Positions 29,327 to 37,520 of a stretch of 46,622 nt of DNA are shown here, piece after piece. The stretch is from positions 1-46,622 of the forward strand of contig JBDRQD010000067.1 in NCBI GenBank assembly GCA_043826455.1, in the 5' to 3' direction. The notes under the pieces were generated by a model that saw nothing but the letters and a program-made list of their open reading frames with translations, was not told the origin of the DNA and made no database searches. Positions within the stretch are counted from its first letter, which is position 1. Each line of letters starts with the position of its first letter. Made by a program: the position numbers and the translations under genes. Source of the DNA: Candidatus Bathyarchaeota archaeon (lineage in GTDB: Archaea; Thermoproteota; Bathyarchaeia; TCS64).

Positions 29327-29370
29327 AATTACTAGTAAAGTATTTAAAGTGAACCGCGTATAAACGCCTA

Positions 29371-29889
29371 ATGGTCAGGAAGAAGGAGCTGAAGCAGCGA
29401 GCCATCTACGTCTATCCACCCGCGGAGATAGCCCAGCGCTGGAAGGACCAGGCGGAGCGCTCCGGGGCCAGCATCAGCAGGTTCGTTATAGAGCATGTCG
29501 AGAACTCGCTGAACGCCGAGACAGACCCAGATTATCAGCCTAGAACCGGCCTCATCGAGGAGAACAAGAAGCTTGCCGAGGCTCTAAAGGAGAAGGACAG
29601 GTATAACCACCACCTGGAGCTCCTCGTGGATAAGCAGGAGGAGGATCTACGAGTCTACAGGTCCAGGATCTTCCCCGACACCGGTAACGAGAAGGTACGG
29701 GACTACGATAAGCGAATAGTGCAGATACTCAAGGAGACTGGACCACACACCAGCGACTCACTTCTCCTAAGACTGGGTGTAGGGCCAGACGACATGGCGG
29801 CTGTTAAGGCGGTCTCGGCGCAGCTAGAGGTCCTCCAGGTCTTTGGCCTGGTGAGGCAGACAAGCAGAGGGTGGACGTGGGCAGAGTGA
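29371..29889 (+). CDS. putative DNA-binding protein (N-terminal RHH-like, coiled coil, C-terminal wHTH-like)
   Basis: RAIYVYPP...WKDQAERSGASISRFVIEHV; C-terminal L..L..FGLV....RGW; stop overlaps integrase start. Confidence 0.75.
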   Translation: MVRKKELKQRAIYVYPPAEIAQRWKDQAERSGASISRFVIEHVENSLNAETDPDYQPRTGLIEENKKLAEALKEKDRYNHHLELLVDKQEEDLRVYRSRIFPDTGNEKVRDYDKRIVQILKETGPHTSDSLLLRLGVGPDDMAAVKAVSAQLEVLQVFGLVRQTSRGWTWAE

Positions 29890-30845
29890 CGGAGACAGCC
29901 ATGGTGAATGAGATGGTTCACGTTGATCTGGACCTGATACGGAGCTTCGTGGACGACTGCCGGCTCCGCGGCTACAGCCCCGAGACCATACGGAGCCACC
30001 GGTCAAACATCCGGACAGCGGCCAGGTTTCTCAAGAAAAGGGCCATAGGCTTCACCGATTTAGATAAGGAAGGATTAAGGCAACTCCTAGATTACCTGAA
30101 AAACGATCGTAAAGTGAGCACCAAGACCCTTGACATGTACTTCACGGCACTGTCAAGCTTCTATGAGTACCTCGTTTTCGAGGAGATCATAGAGAACAAC
30201 CCGATTCCAAGCTTCAGAAAGAGGTACCTGACCAAGTATAAAAACTACAAGCCGGGAGCACAGAGGAAGCTTCTCTCGGTGGAGGATATGAGCCGGCTCA
30301 TCAACGGAACCCTGGAGATCAGGGACCGGGCCCTCATGGCTGTGCTGGCCAAGACAGGTGTCCGGCGCGGGGAACTCATCTCCATGGACGTGGACGACAT
30401 CGACTGGGAGAACGGCAGGGTCAAGCTGAAGGGTAAGAACAAGCGCAGCAACCTCTACGTGTACTTCGACGACGAGACGGCCATCCTGCTGGGGAGGTGG
30501 CTGAGGGTCCGGGAGGGCTACGCTGCGCCGGGTGAGAGGGCCCTCTTCGTTGGGGATAAGGGTAAGCGTATTGGCAGGAACATGGTGTACAGGGTGGTGA
30601 CGGGCCACGCTGAGAGGCTGGGGCTCCATGATCCGAGTAGCCCACGGCTTGAGGACCATTTTAGCCCCCACTGCTTCCGCCACTGGTTCACCACCCACCT
30701 GCGCCGGAATGGCCTGAGCAGGGAGTTCATCAAGGAGCTCAGAGGAGACAGCCGCGGTGAGGCCATCGACATCTATGACCACATCGACCACGACGAGCTA
30801 CGCAAAGCATACCTGGCAGCTATACCAAGACTCGGAGTAACCTAG
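29886..30845 (+). CDS. tyrosine recombinase/integrase (XerC/D-like)
   Basis: N-terminal SAM-like domain; KTGVRRGEL, KNKR, PHCFRHWF, ELRGD, IYDH. Confidence 0.95.
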   Translation: MTETAMVNEMVHVDLDLIRSFVDDCRLRGYSPETIRSHRSNIRTAARFLKKRAIGFTDLDKEGLRQLLDYLKNDRKVSTKTLDMYFTALSSFYEYLVFEEIIENNPIPSFRKRYLTKYKNYKPGAQRKLLSVEDMSRLINGTLEIRDRALMAVLAKTGVRRGELISMDVDDIDWENGRVKLKGKNKRSNLYVYFDDETAILLGRWLRVREGYAAPGERALFVGDKGKRIGRNMVYRVVTGHAERLGLHDPSSPRLEDHFSPHCFRHWFTTHLRRNGLSREFIKELRGDSRGEAIDIYDHIDHDELRKAYLAAIPRLGVT

Positions 30846-30851
30846 AGGCCG

Positions 30852-31673
30852 TCAAAGATTAGACGCTTTTCTGTCCCTATTCAACTTAATCCACGCCTCA
30901 ACATTCTCCTTCATCAATTCCAATCCCCTAATATACGAGTCCATCGTCTCCCTCTTTAACCGAGCCAACTCCGGGTTCTCATCCACAGCCCTGAAAACAT
31001 CCATCAGACGCGAAAACCCCTCATCAGTCTCATATGCTGTGAAGAAGGGGTTTTTACTGACGATTACCCCTCCTTGAGGATTATACTGGTCCAGTAGCTC
31101 GAACTCCCTCGGTTTCGTCTTGACGAAGTTGATGAACCCGAAGGTGATGCGGTCCGCCCGCTCCCGATCCATATCGCTAAAGAAGGGGAAGAACCGTAGA
31201 AGCTGGTCCTCGTCTTTACCGGTGATCGTGTCACCGAACAGCATCATCTGAGCGTAGACGTCGCTTCTGGTGTTTATCAGGGCCACCTTGAAGCGGTGCT
31301 GGATCACCTCTCCTAGCCCCCTAGATGCGAAGTAGGGGTACCATTTGAAGGTAAGGAACTTTTCTGCGTGCTTCTCAGCGATCTCCTCGAACCTTGCGAA
31401 GGCCTCCTTGGGGCGGACGAGGAAGTATAGGATTAGCCCGTTCTCAGTTACATGGTAGCTCTGGGGTCCCTCGTTGGCTGGTGGAGGCTCGTCTCGCAGC
31501 GTCCTAGCGAAGGCTTCGTCGATTATCAGGGCCTGTTCGTTCATCTCCTTTAGGCGCCTCATGGCGGTGGTGTAGTGTTTACCTATCTTTTTCGCTGTCT
31601 CCTCGATGGTCTGTGGTCCCTGGTAGATAAGGATCTCAAGGATCTGCATCAGGGTTGAGGTGCTGGTCTTCAA
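30852..31673 (-). CDS. winged-helix transcription regulator-like protein
   Basis: N-terminal ILEIL...TIEETAKKIGKHYTTAMRRLKEM, wing YHVTENG; divergent from the RHH gene. Confidence 0.7.
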   Translation of the reverse strand: MKTSTSTLMQILEILIYQGPQTIEETAKKIGKHYTTAMRRLKEMNEQALIIDEAFARTLRDEPPPANEGPQSYHVTENGLILYFLVRPKEAFARFEEIAEKHAEKFLTFKWYPYFASRGLGEVIQHRFKVALINTRSDVYAQMMLFGDTITGKDEDQLLRFFPFFSDMDRERADRITFGFINFVKTKPREFELLDQYNPQGGVIVSKNPFFTAYETDEGFSRLMDVFRAVDENPELARLKRETMDSYIRGLELMKENVEAWIKLNRDRKASNL

Positions 31674-31687
31674 CTACGACACGCTTC

Positions 31688-31773
31688 ATCTGCATTATGG
31701 TGCATATTACTTGCATAATATTGTTTAAATAGTTTGCTGGTATATGGAACGGTAACTGCGTTATAATGCAGAT
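31688..31773. promoter_or_regulatory. divergent promoter/operator region
   Basis: Perfect inverted repeat ATCTGCATTAT (31688-31698) / ATAATGCAGAT (31763-31773); TGCAT at 31691, 31701, 31712; central TTTAAATA. Confidence 0.6.
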
Positions 31774-31783
31774 ATGGGGTGTT

Positions 31784-32002
31784 TTGGTGAAGAGGAGTGG
31801 GGTTCAAAGGGCGTTGTACGTCCCGGGGAAGCTGGACGAGCAGGTGGAGAGGACCCGTGAGAGGCTTGGTATGAGCCGGAACGCGTTCTACAGGTACGCG
31901 GCCACCAGGCTCCTCCAGGAGCTGTCGGTCCTCTCGGAGGCTGTCCACGGCGATAGCTCAAGCGTCGAGGCTTGTGGAGGAGGAGACGTTGACTGTCTGT
32001 GA
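31784..32002 (+). CDS. ribbon-helix-helix (CopG-like) protein
   Basis: RALYVPGKLDEQVERTRERLGMSRNAFYRYA. Confidence 0.75.
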   Translation: MVKRSGVQRALYVPGKLDEQVERTRERLGMSRNAFYRYAATRLLQELSVLSEAVHGDSSSVEACGGGDVDCL

Positions 32003-32255
32003 AGATGTCGGGTTTGATTCGCGTGTGAGGCTGGGCGAGTGGCAGGAAGCCATCGGCGTCCTCGTGGACGTAGATAGGGACGCGGGCGTCATCGCCTATA
32101 GGAGCCTTAAGGTCATCGTACCGCCGAGGGAGCTGGAACACCTCCCTGACCTGGAGGCCTTCACCGGTCACAGGGTGGGAATCCTGAGGACAGACCTCTC
32201 CACCAAGCCGCTTCTGATCAGGCTCGCCGAGGAGCCTGAGGAGGCAAACAGATGA
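31989..32255 (+). CDS. small mobile-element protein, homolog of 147-389
   Basis: EWQEAIG and RVGILRTD motifs; GGAGG upstream of TTG 31989 (alternative start 31974). Confidence 0.75.
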   Translation: MTVCEDVGFDSRVRLGEWQEAIGVLVDVDRDAGVIAYRSLKVIVPPRELEHLPDLEAFTGHRVGILRTDLSTKPLLIRLAEEPEEANR

Positions 32256-32397
32256 AAGCAGAGAAAAATGGGGGAGGCACTCCACACCGTAAAAACCATA
32301 AAGAACAGGGCAGCCTCGCCTCTGCGCGCGCTCCACCACGAGGACGGCACTATGACTACCCCGGAGAGGCATTGAAGAAACTGGAGGTGGCGCCTGC

Positions 32398-32709
32398 ATG
32401 CCACGACGAGAGCTCTGGCTGAACGTAAACGGCCGCCGGATAGTCACCGGCCACGTAGATATCGACACACTCCATGGGAAGAGGGCCATCTTTGCGCAGC
32501 CTCTGACCCCCGTCAACCCCAAGGACCTCGCCCTAACCATATGCGAATCCACCATCCAGGCCTGGGGCCACAACCCCATAATAGGTAGGGACGGTATCGT
32601 CAAGCTGAGTTTAGCAAAGAATGATACCTACGGCCTCATCCTCCGCGAAATAGCCCGCGCCTACTTTCTAGCCCTCAACTCACCCAACCCCAGGAGACCG
32701 CAGCAGTGA
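32398..32709 (+). CDS. hypothetical protein
   Basis: GGAGGTGG upstream; stop overlaps the next start (GTGA). Confidence 0.65.
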   Translation: MPRRELWLNVNGRRIVTGHVDIDTLHGKRAIFAQPLTPVNPKDLALTICESTIQAWGHNPIIGRDGIVKLSLAKNDTYGLILREIARAYFLALNSPNPRRPQQ

Positions 32710-34397
32710 GTGACCCAAATTTTTCTCCACCACACAGCGGGGAATATAATTCTGCATGGGAGAAGCACCGGGCGGCCCTCCGGGAGCACAGCCCCGCCCT
32801 CCAAGCTCTCCACCAGCGGGAACAGGACGCGGCTGAGGCCACCCGGGAGATGAGCCGCGAGAAGGTGGCCGAGACCCTTGGCACCACCATCGTAGACGAC
32901 AAGACAAGCAAGACCGTCACCTTCTACGGCACAGTCCTCAACTACACTGAGGAGGATCAGCAGAACTTCAGCAGCAACGCCCCCAGCAGCACAGGCAAGA
33001 GCTTTGTCACAGGAGAGGTGCTGCAGTACTTCCCCGAGGAGGACATACTGAACAAGGGCTACACCAGCCCCACCGCCTTCTTCCACGAGAACAGCAGGCT
33101 ATGCACGGCCGATGGCGAAGAGCTACCCAACAGGAACCAGTACGTGGACGAGGGCATGAAACGGTGGGAGGAAGCCAACCCTCTGCCCCCCAAGGGAGAG
33201 GGACGGGAGCAGTGGAAGGCTGAGCGCAAGGCTGAGGTCAGGCGGCTGAAGGGCGAGTGGGATGAGATAGACAAGTACTACGTCGTGGACCTGGAGGGCA
33301 AGATTCTTCACTTCAGGGACCAGCCCCACGACAAGCTGCTGCAGAACCTCAGGCCCACCCTAAGCCACGACGCGAAGATCGTAGAGTGCAACATCACCGA
33401 CAAGAGCAAGGAGGGGGGAAACCGAACCAAGAAGGTGCTCATAGTGGGGTACCCCACGGTCCACTTCAACTCTGTGCGGTTCAGCCTGGACGACCAGGAG
33501 CGGACCCGGCTGTGGCTGACGAGCCCCGAGATCACCCAGGACAAGTTCAGGAAGAGTCTCAGGCAGCAGAGCAGGGCCCTGGCGGACCGTAGAGCCTACA
33601 AGGACACCCTTCAACGGGACCATAACCGGGAGATGCTCAAGTTCAGGGTCCGGCTCATCAAGGAGTCGCCCGTAAGGAACGTGATCATACGAGCCGAGGA
33701 CGCCGACAGGATATATGCCAAGTTCATTAAGGATCACCCCACCCTCAGCCCACGTCACCAGAGGGACTTCCCCCGGATCATAGCCATGATCAAGGCCCAC
33801 GCCCTCTTCAACCAGTGGACCCGGGACCACACCGAGGACGGCGCCGCCGTTTATGCCAGCAGCGCCGACATAGAGGAGGGCTTCAAGCTATGCGAGGAGT
33901 TGGTCAAATCTAACGAGCTGGGGCTGCCTCCACACGTTTACAGGTTCCACGAGGAATCCCTTAAGCCGGCATTGGATGCGGCTGGGGAAGCGGGGCTGCA
34001 TAGGCCTGACGTGAGCCGCCTGTACTACACCTTCTACCACACCCGCATAGGCGACAAGCCGCTGGGAAACATGATCGCCCTCCTCCTGGAGACCGGGCTG
34101 GTGCTGGAGGAGACGGACCCAGAAGACAAGCGCCGCAAGAAACTGTATTCCCCCACACCTGGTGGAGAAAAAAGTGGGACACCTGAGACGCCTAACAGTG
34201 AAGCCCTAGTCGATGATGTGGCCGGGTTCTTCGCTGAGCTGGGCCGGGGCCAGGTGGGCGAGGGCAAGCTATACGCAGCCATGAAGCGCCGAGGCCATAG
34301 ATTCACAGAACCAGAGTTCCACGCCATACTGAAAGGCTACCCCGGGCTCTATGAGCTGGACGGCTGGACGGTCACTCTCAAGGAGGCTGAGCCATGA
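32706..34397 (+). CDS. MCM-like AAA+ ATPase/helicase with C-terminal wHTH; putative replication protein
   Basis: Walker A APSSTGKS, Walker B-like ILHFRDQ, QERTR arginine finger, lid RDFPRIIAMIKAHA...DIEEG, wHTH LLETGLV...DKRRK. Confidence 0.75.
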   Translation: MSDPNFSPPHSGEYNSAWEKHRAALREHSPALQALHQREQDAAEATREMSREKVAETLGTTIVDDKTSKTVTFYGTVLNYTEEDQQNFSSNAPSSTGKSFVTGEVLQYFPEEDILNKGYTSPTAFFHENSRLCTADGEELPNRNQYVDEGMKRWEEANPLPPKGEGREQWKAERKAEVRRLKGEWDEIDKYYVVDLEGKILHFRDQPHDKLLQNLRPTLSHDAKIVECNITDKSKEGGNRTKKVLIVGYPTVHFNSVRFSLDDQERTRLWLTSPEITQDKFRKSLRQQSRALADRRAYKDTLQRDHNREMLKFRVRLIKESPVRNVIIRAEDADRIYAKFIKDHPTLSPRHQRDFPRIIAMIKAHALFNQWTRDHTEDGAAVYASSADIEEGFKLCEELVKSNELGLPPHVYRFHEESLKPALDAAGEAGLHRPDVSRLYYTFYHTRIGDKPLGNMIALLLETGLVLEETDPEDKRRKKLYSPTPGGEKSGTPETPNSEALVDDVAGFFAELGRGQVGEGKLYAAMKRRGHRFTEPEFHAILKGYPGLYELDGWTVTLKEAEP

Positions 34398-34600
34398 GTC
34401 TGAAGGACGGCGACCTGGTGATCTGCCGGGTATGCGGCCGCCTAAGCTTCTACCGAGGCTACCAGACGTGCCCCCACATTGGCTGCTACTCGGGGCCCCT
34501 TGAACGGGTGGACCCGGACGATGTGGAGACCATCAAGGCGGCCGCACAGAGATTCAACGACCCATTGCCGCCGCTGAAGACAGGGGAGGCTAAACGGTAA
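34394..34600 (+). CDS. small zinc-finger protein
   Basis: CRVC...CPHIGC; overlaps neighbouring start and stop codons. Confidence 0.7.
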   Translation: MSLKDGDLVICRVCGRLSFYRGYQTCPHIGCYSGPLERVDPDDVETIKAAAQRFNDPLPPLKTGEAKR

Positions 34601-34848
34601 TGGTCCATAATCTGGCTGTGCGGCGCCGTCACCGGCTCAACGAGGATGAGACACCACTGGTCTATGGGTTGGTTGCTTGGAGGCTCCGCGTATTCCTAGA
34701 GTGCAGGGACGGCTTGGAGGAGGCTGAGGCCCTCTTCCGGCTACTCTACAGAATGGACCATTACGGGCCGGGGCGTCCAGGCTACCCTGAGCCCTTCACC
34801 TGGAGCCTCCTAGAATCTTACCTGAGCTCCGAGGAGGGGGAGCCATGA
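34600..34848 (+). CDS. hypothetical protein, distant paralog of 35665-35907 and 35914-36144
   Basis: RRHRL...E and GRPG motifs; coupled start/stop. Confidence 0.65.
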   Translation: MVHNLAVRRRHRLNEDETPLVYGLVAWRLRVFLECRDGLEEAEALFRLLYRMDHYGPGRPGYPEPFTWSLLESYLSSEEGEP

Positions 34849-35510
34849 CACGGGGCTGGTGGCGCGACCACCCCTATGAGAGGCGTAGCGTGCTCCGGGA
34901 CGTCGAGGGCTTCATCGGCTGGGGCGCCCTCACGGGTCTCGTCGAGTCAGCCGAGTCGGAGCTTGAGAAGGCCTTCCTCAGCACCGCGTTCCTGACGGGC
35001 GGCAGGGTATCCGAGGTCCTCAGCCTCACCAGGGACATGTTCGATGTCGACATGGATGAGGGAGTGGTCGTTATCAGGAATATGCTTCTTCTGAAGAAGT
35101 TCCGGAAGATTGGTGAGCTTCCCGGTGGAGGCTGGGAGACTCTTCCTGTTGACGCGGTCCGCAGGCCTTTCCCGGTCTTGCTATGTGAGCCTTTGGCGCC
35201 CATCATGGTTGATTGGGTTAAGCGGGCTAGCCGTCTTCTGTTTCCCAGTCCGAGGCGGCCCGGGAGGTCTCTCAGCAGGGCGTGGGGCTACAAGGTGGTC
35301 ACGCGGGTAGGCGAGAGGGCCGGGTTGAATGTCTGGCCTCACTGGTTCAGGAGCCAGAGGGCGAGCCAGCTGGCTGCAGACTATAATCTTCAGGTCCTCG
35401 ACCTGGTTGACTATTTCAGCTGGGATAAGATGGATATGGCTGTGCATTACAGCAGGCGGGGCTGGGCTGGGCTGCTGGCCCGGATGAGACCTCTGCCCCG
35501 GTACGTGTAG
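34845..35510 (+). CDS. minimal tyrosine recombinase (catalytic domain only)
   Basis: LTGGRVSEVL, LLKK, WPHWFRSQRA, YFSW, AVHY in only 221 aa. Confidence 0.88.
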   Translation: MTRGWWRDHPYERRSVLRDVEGFIGWGALTGLVESAESELEKAFLSTAFLTGGRVSEVLSLTRDMFDVDMDEGVVVIRNMLLLKKFRKIGELPGGGWETLPVDAVRRPFPVLLCEPLAPIMVDWVKRASRLLFPSPRRPGRSLSRAWGYKVVTRVGERAGLNVWPHWFRSQRASQLAADYNLQVLDLVDYFSWDKMDMAVHYSRRGWAGLLARMRPLPRYV

Positions 35511-35521
35511 GAGGTGATGTG

Positions 35522-35668
35522 ATGGCGTATGGTGGGTGGTACGGCGCGGCGGCGTCGAACCTCAGCAGGGAGTTGAAGGATCTGAGGGAGAGGCTCAGGA
35601 GGCTCAGGGAGGAGCTCTGCCCCGAGTGCCTAGAGAAGTACATGGAGGTAATGGAGGGGCAGCGGTGA
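35522..35668 (+). CDS. small coiled-coil/CxxC protein (48 aa, not in ORF track)
   Basis: GGAGGTGA upstream; MAYGGWYG...LRERLRRLREELCPECLEKY; TGA overlaps GTG 35665. Confidence 0.6.
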   Translation: MAYGGWYGAAASNLSRELKDLRERLRRLREELCPECLEKYMEVMEGQR

Positions 35669-35907
35669 CGGGTAAGCGGTACAGACTGAGTGAGAAGGAG
35701 CTCGATGTTGTCCTTGTCGGGTTGATCCTGCTCGTCGACCAGACCGAGGACTTCAATCTCTCTGATGACTCCCTGGAGCTGGCTAAGCGCTTGGTTCAGA
35801 GCCGGCAGGGGAGGCCCGGCGGCAGATGGTCTGACGCGGCTGACAGGCTCTGGGAGAGGGCTTCGAGGCGTGCCCAGGCCCTTGGCAAGCTGAAGGTTTC
35901 CACGTGA
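35665..35907 (+). CDS. hypothetical protein, tandem paralog 1
   Basis: KRYRL..EL...GL..LV...GRPGG..S..A.RLW.RA.RRA shared with the next ORF. Confidence 0.75.
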   Translation: MTGKRYRLSEKELDVVLVGLILLVDQTEDFNLSDDSLELAKRLVQSRQGRPGGRWSDAADRLWERASRRAQALGKLKVST

Positions 35908-35913
35908 GGATGT

Positions 35914-36144
35914 ATGGGTGAGAAGCGGTACCGGCTGACCCCTCGGGAGCTGGAGCTTATCACGGCTGGCCTGCTCGTGCTGGTGAACGAGGTGGATCTT
36001 GGCGACGCCATGTGCGAAGAGGTCATTGGGCTGGTTGAGAGGCTGTGCATGTGTAGGTCTGGGAGGCCGGGTGGGAGCCTTTCGCGGGAGGCTTCGAGGC
36101 TGTGGGGTCGGGCGGAGAGGCGGGCGGAGACAAAAAGGTGGTAA
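35914..36144 (+). CDS. hypothetical protein, tandem paralog 2
   Basis: Same motif series as 35665-35907. Confidence 0.75.
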   Translation: MGEKRYRLTPRELELITAGLLVLVNEVDLGDAMCEEVIGLVERLCMCRSGRPGGSLSREASRLWGRAERRAETKRW

Positions 36145-36384
36145 TGGATCCGTTGTTTTCGGGCGCATGTTGAATGGATCCATTTAAAAAGCGTGGAATA
36201 AACCCCTTTCGGGAATCCGGGCGTTTTTAGGGGCTTCCGGTTCGGTGGCAGGCAGGCAACCCCCCATGGGGTGTAGTATAGTATAGAGGGGGTGCAGGGG
36301 GCGCGTTTTCACGTGCTTTGTATTAGGGCTACGCTAAAACTGGCTAAACAGGCCGAGTATAAACGATACAGCCCTAACGTTGAC

Positions 36385-36840
36385 TTAGATCACTTTAAAC
36401 AGGCTTAAGAGGCGTTGAGTCCACCTTTTCCCCAGCACCAGGTACACCCACCTGAACCGGGGCGTGGCCCTCAACCCATCGAAGCCTTTAAGCCGGACGA
36501 CAGTGTGGCGTGTGGTGAACCGCCCCGTCACTGAATCATAGTATCGTGCACCAAAGTAGTATAGACGTGTTGTTTCTTCATGTTTATCTGTGTATCTGAA
36601 CGTCTCCGAGCCGGACTCACCGTACTCTGGATCATAGGGCTTATAGTTGCTATTATAGACGATATTACCTAAGGCGTTCGTCTTAAGCCTCGTGGAGCCA
36701 AGGTGATCTGAGTGAAAATACTCCACAGTGCCTGAACTGTAAGAAGCTAGGTGAAGGCTGCCAGCGTAGTAATGCTTCTCGTGGAAGCTGCCCATGACCT
36801 CATCCACAATGCTTACCTTCAAACATACAGTTAATAGCAC
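36385..36840 (-). pseudogene. truncated orphan Rhs core fragment
   Basis: HEKHYYAGSLHLA...DHLGSTRLKT...YYFGARYYDSVTGRFTTR, then homology stops before PxxxxDPxG. Confidence 0.8.
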
Positions 36841-36890
36841 TTACCTCAACTTGGATAAAACAACAAGTTTATACATCATATTCATTCAAC

Positions 36891-37517
36891 TTATTTTATT
36901 AAAAAATTATAGTTACTGGTGATTCGATAATAAGTTTTAAAAATGTCAGGTAAACCTCTAAACAAACCGATAATTAAAAAACATGTACCTAATAATATTC
37001 TAAGTGCAACATCCATAGAAGAAAATAACATCCAAATACCCATTATAAAAAATAATAATGAGATTATAAAATAATATTTTGATGAAATGATCAGTTCTTT
37101 TTTCATATTTATCAGATCATCTGAGTTATAGTTAAAAGACCAATCGGATATATTGACTTCTAAAAAATTTCCGAAATACCAAATCCAATGATACCACCAC
37201 TTTTTTAAAATCTCTGAATCATAACTTCGATCCCCAGGAGCATTAATTTTTATATATATATTTACATCATCATTTGATTGTGATAAATCTATCTTTATAA
37301 TTTTTTTCCAGTATATTGGATTAAAATGTAAAAATCTTCTTCCTTTATTTGAAGGCCAATATTGTTCATGAGTAGCTATAATTATGTTTAAAGTATTTGT
37401 ATTAATTACAGCAGAAATATTATTTAACCATTGAACACACTTATCATTAACTATATTAACGTTTGAATTGTCTACAACTATAGTCCAATCAATTATTTTC
37501 TCATCATCATGTATCAT
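36891..37517 (-). CDS. putative immunity protein of the orphan Rhs-CT (two C-terminal TM helices)
   Basis: Starts 3 nt after the orphan toxin stop; very AT-rich. Confidence 0.65.
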   Translation of the reverse strand: MIHDDEKIIDWTIVVDNSNVNIVNDKCVQWLNNISAVINTNTLNIIIATHEQYWPSNKGRRFLHFNPIYWKKIIKIDLSQSNDDVNIYIKINAPGDRSYDSEILKKWWYHWIWYFGNFLEVNISDWSFNYNSDDLINMKKELIISSKYYFIISLLFFIMGIWMLFSSMDVALRILLGTCFLIIGLFRGLPDIFKTYYRITSNYNFLIK

Positions 37518-37520
37518 GCA

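Larger units (their letters stand above)
29327..36380. mobile_element. cryptic integrative element at tRNA-Leu, core module; right boundary not found
   Basis: Begins at the tRNA 3' end; integrase, RHH/wHTH regulators, MCM-like ATPase, second recombinase, tightly overlapping small ORFs; no virion or conjugation genes recognised. Confidence 0.85.

Noticed and set aside
36224..36274. Weak resemblance (TTTTTAGGGG-N9-CGGTGG...TGGGGTGT) to the minus strand of the 120-bp repeat
   Set aside because: Too short and low-complexity to call a third copy without a statistical alignment
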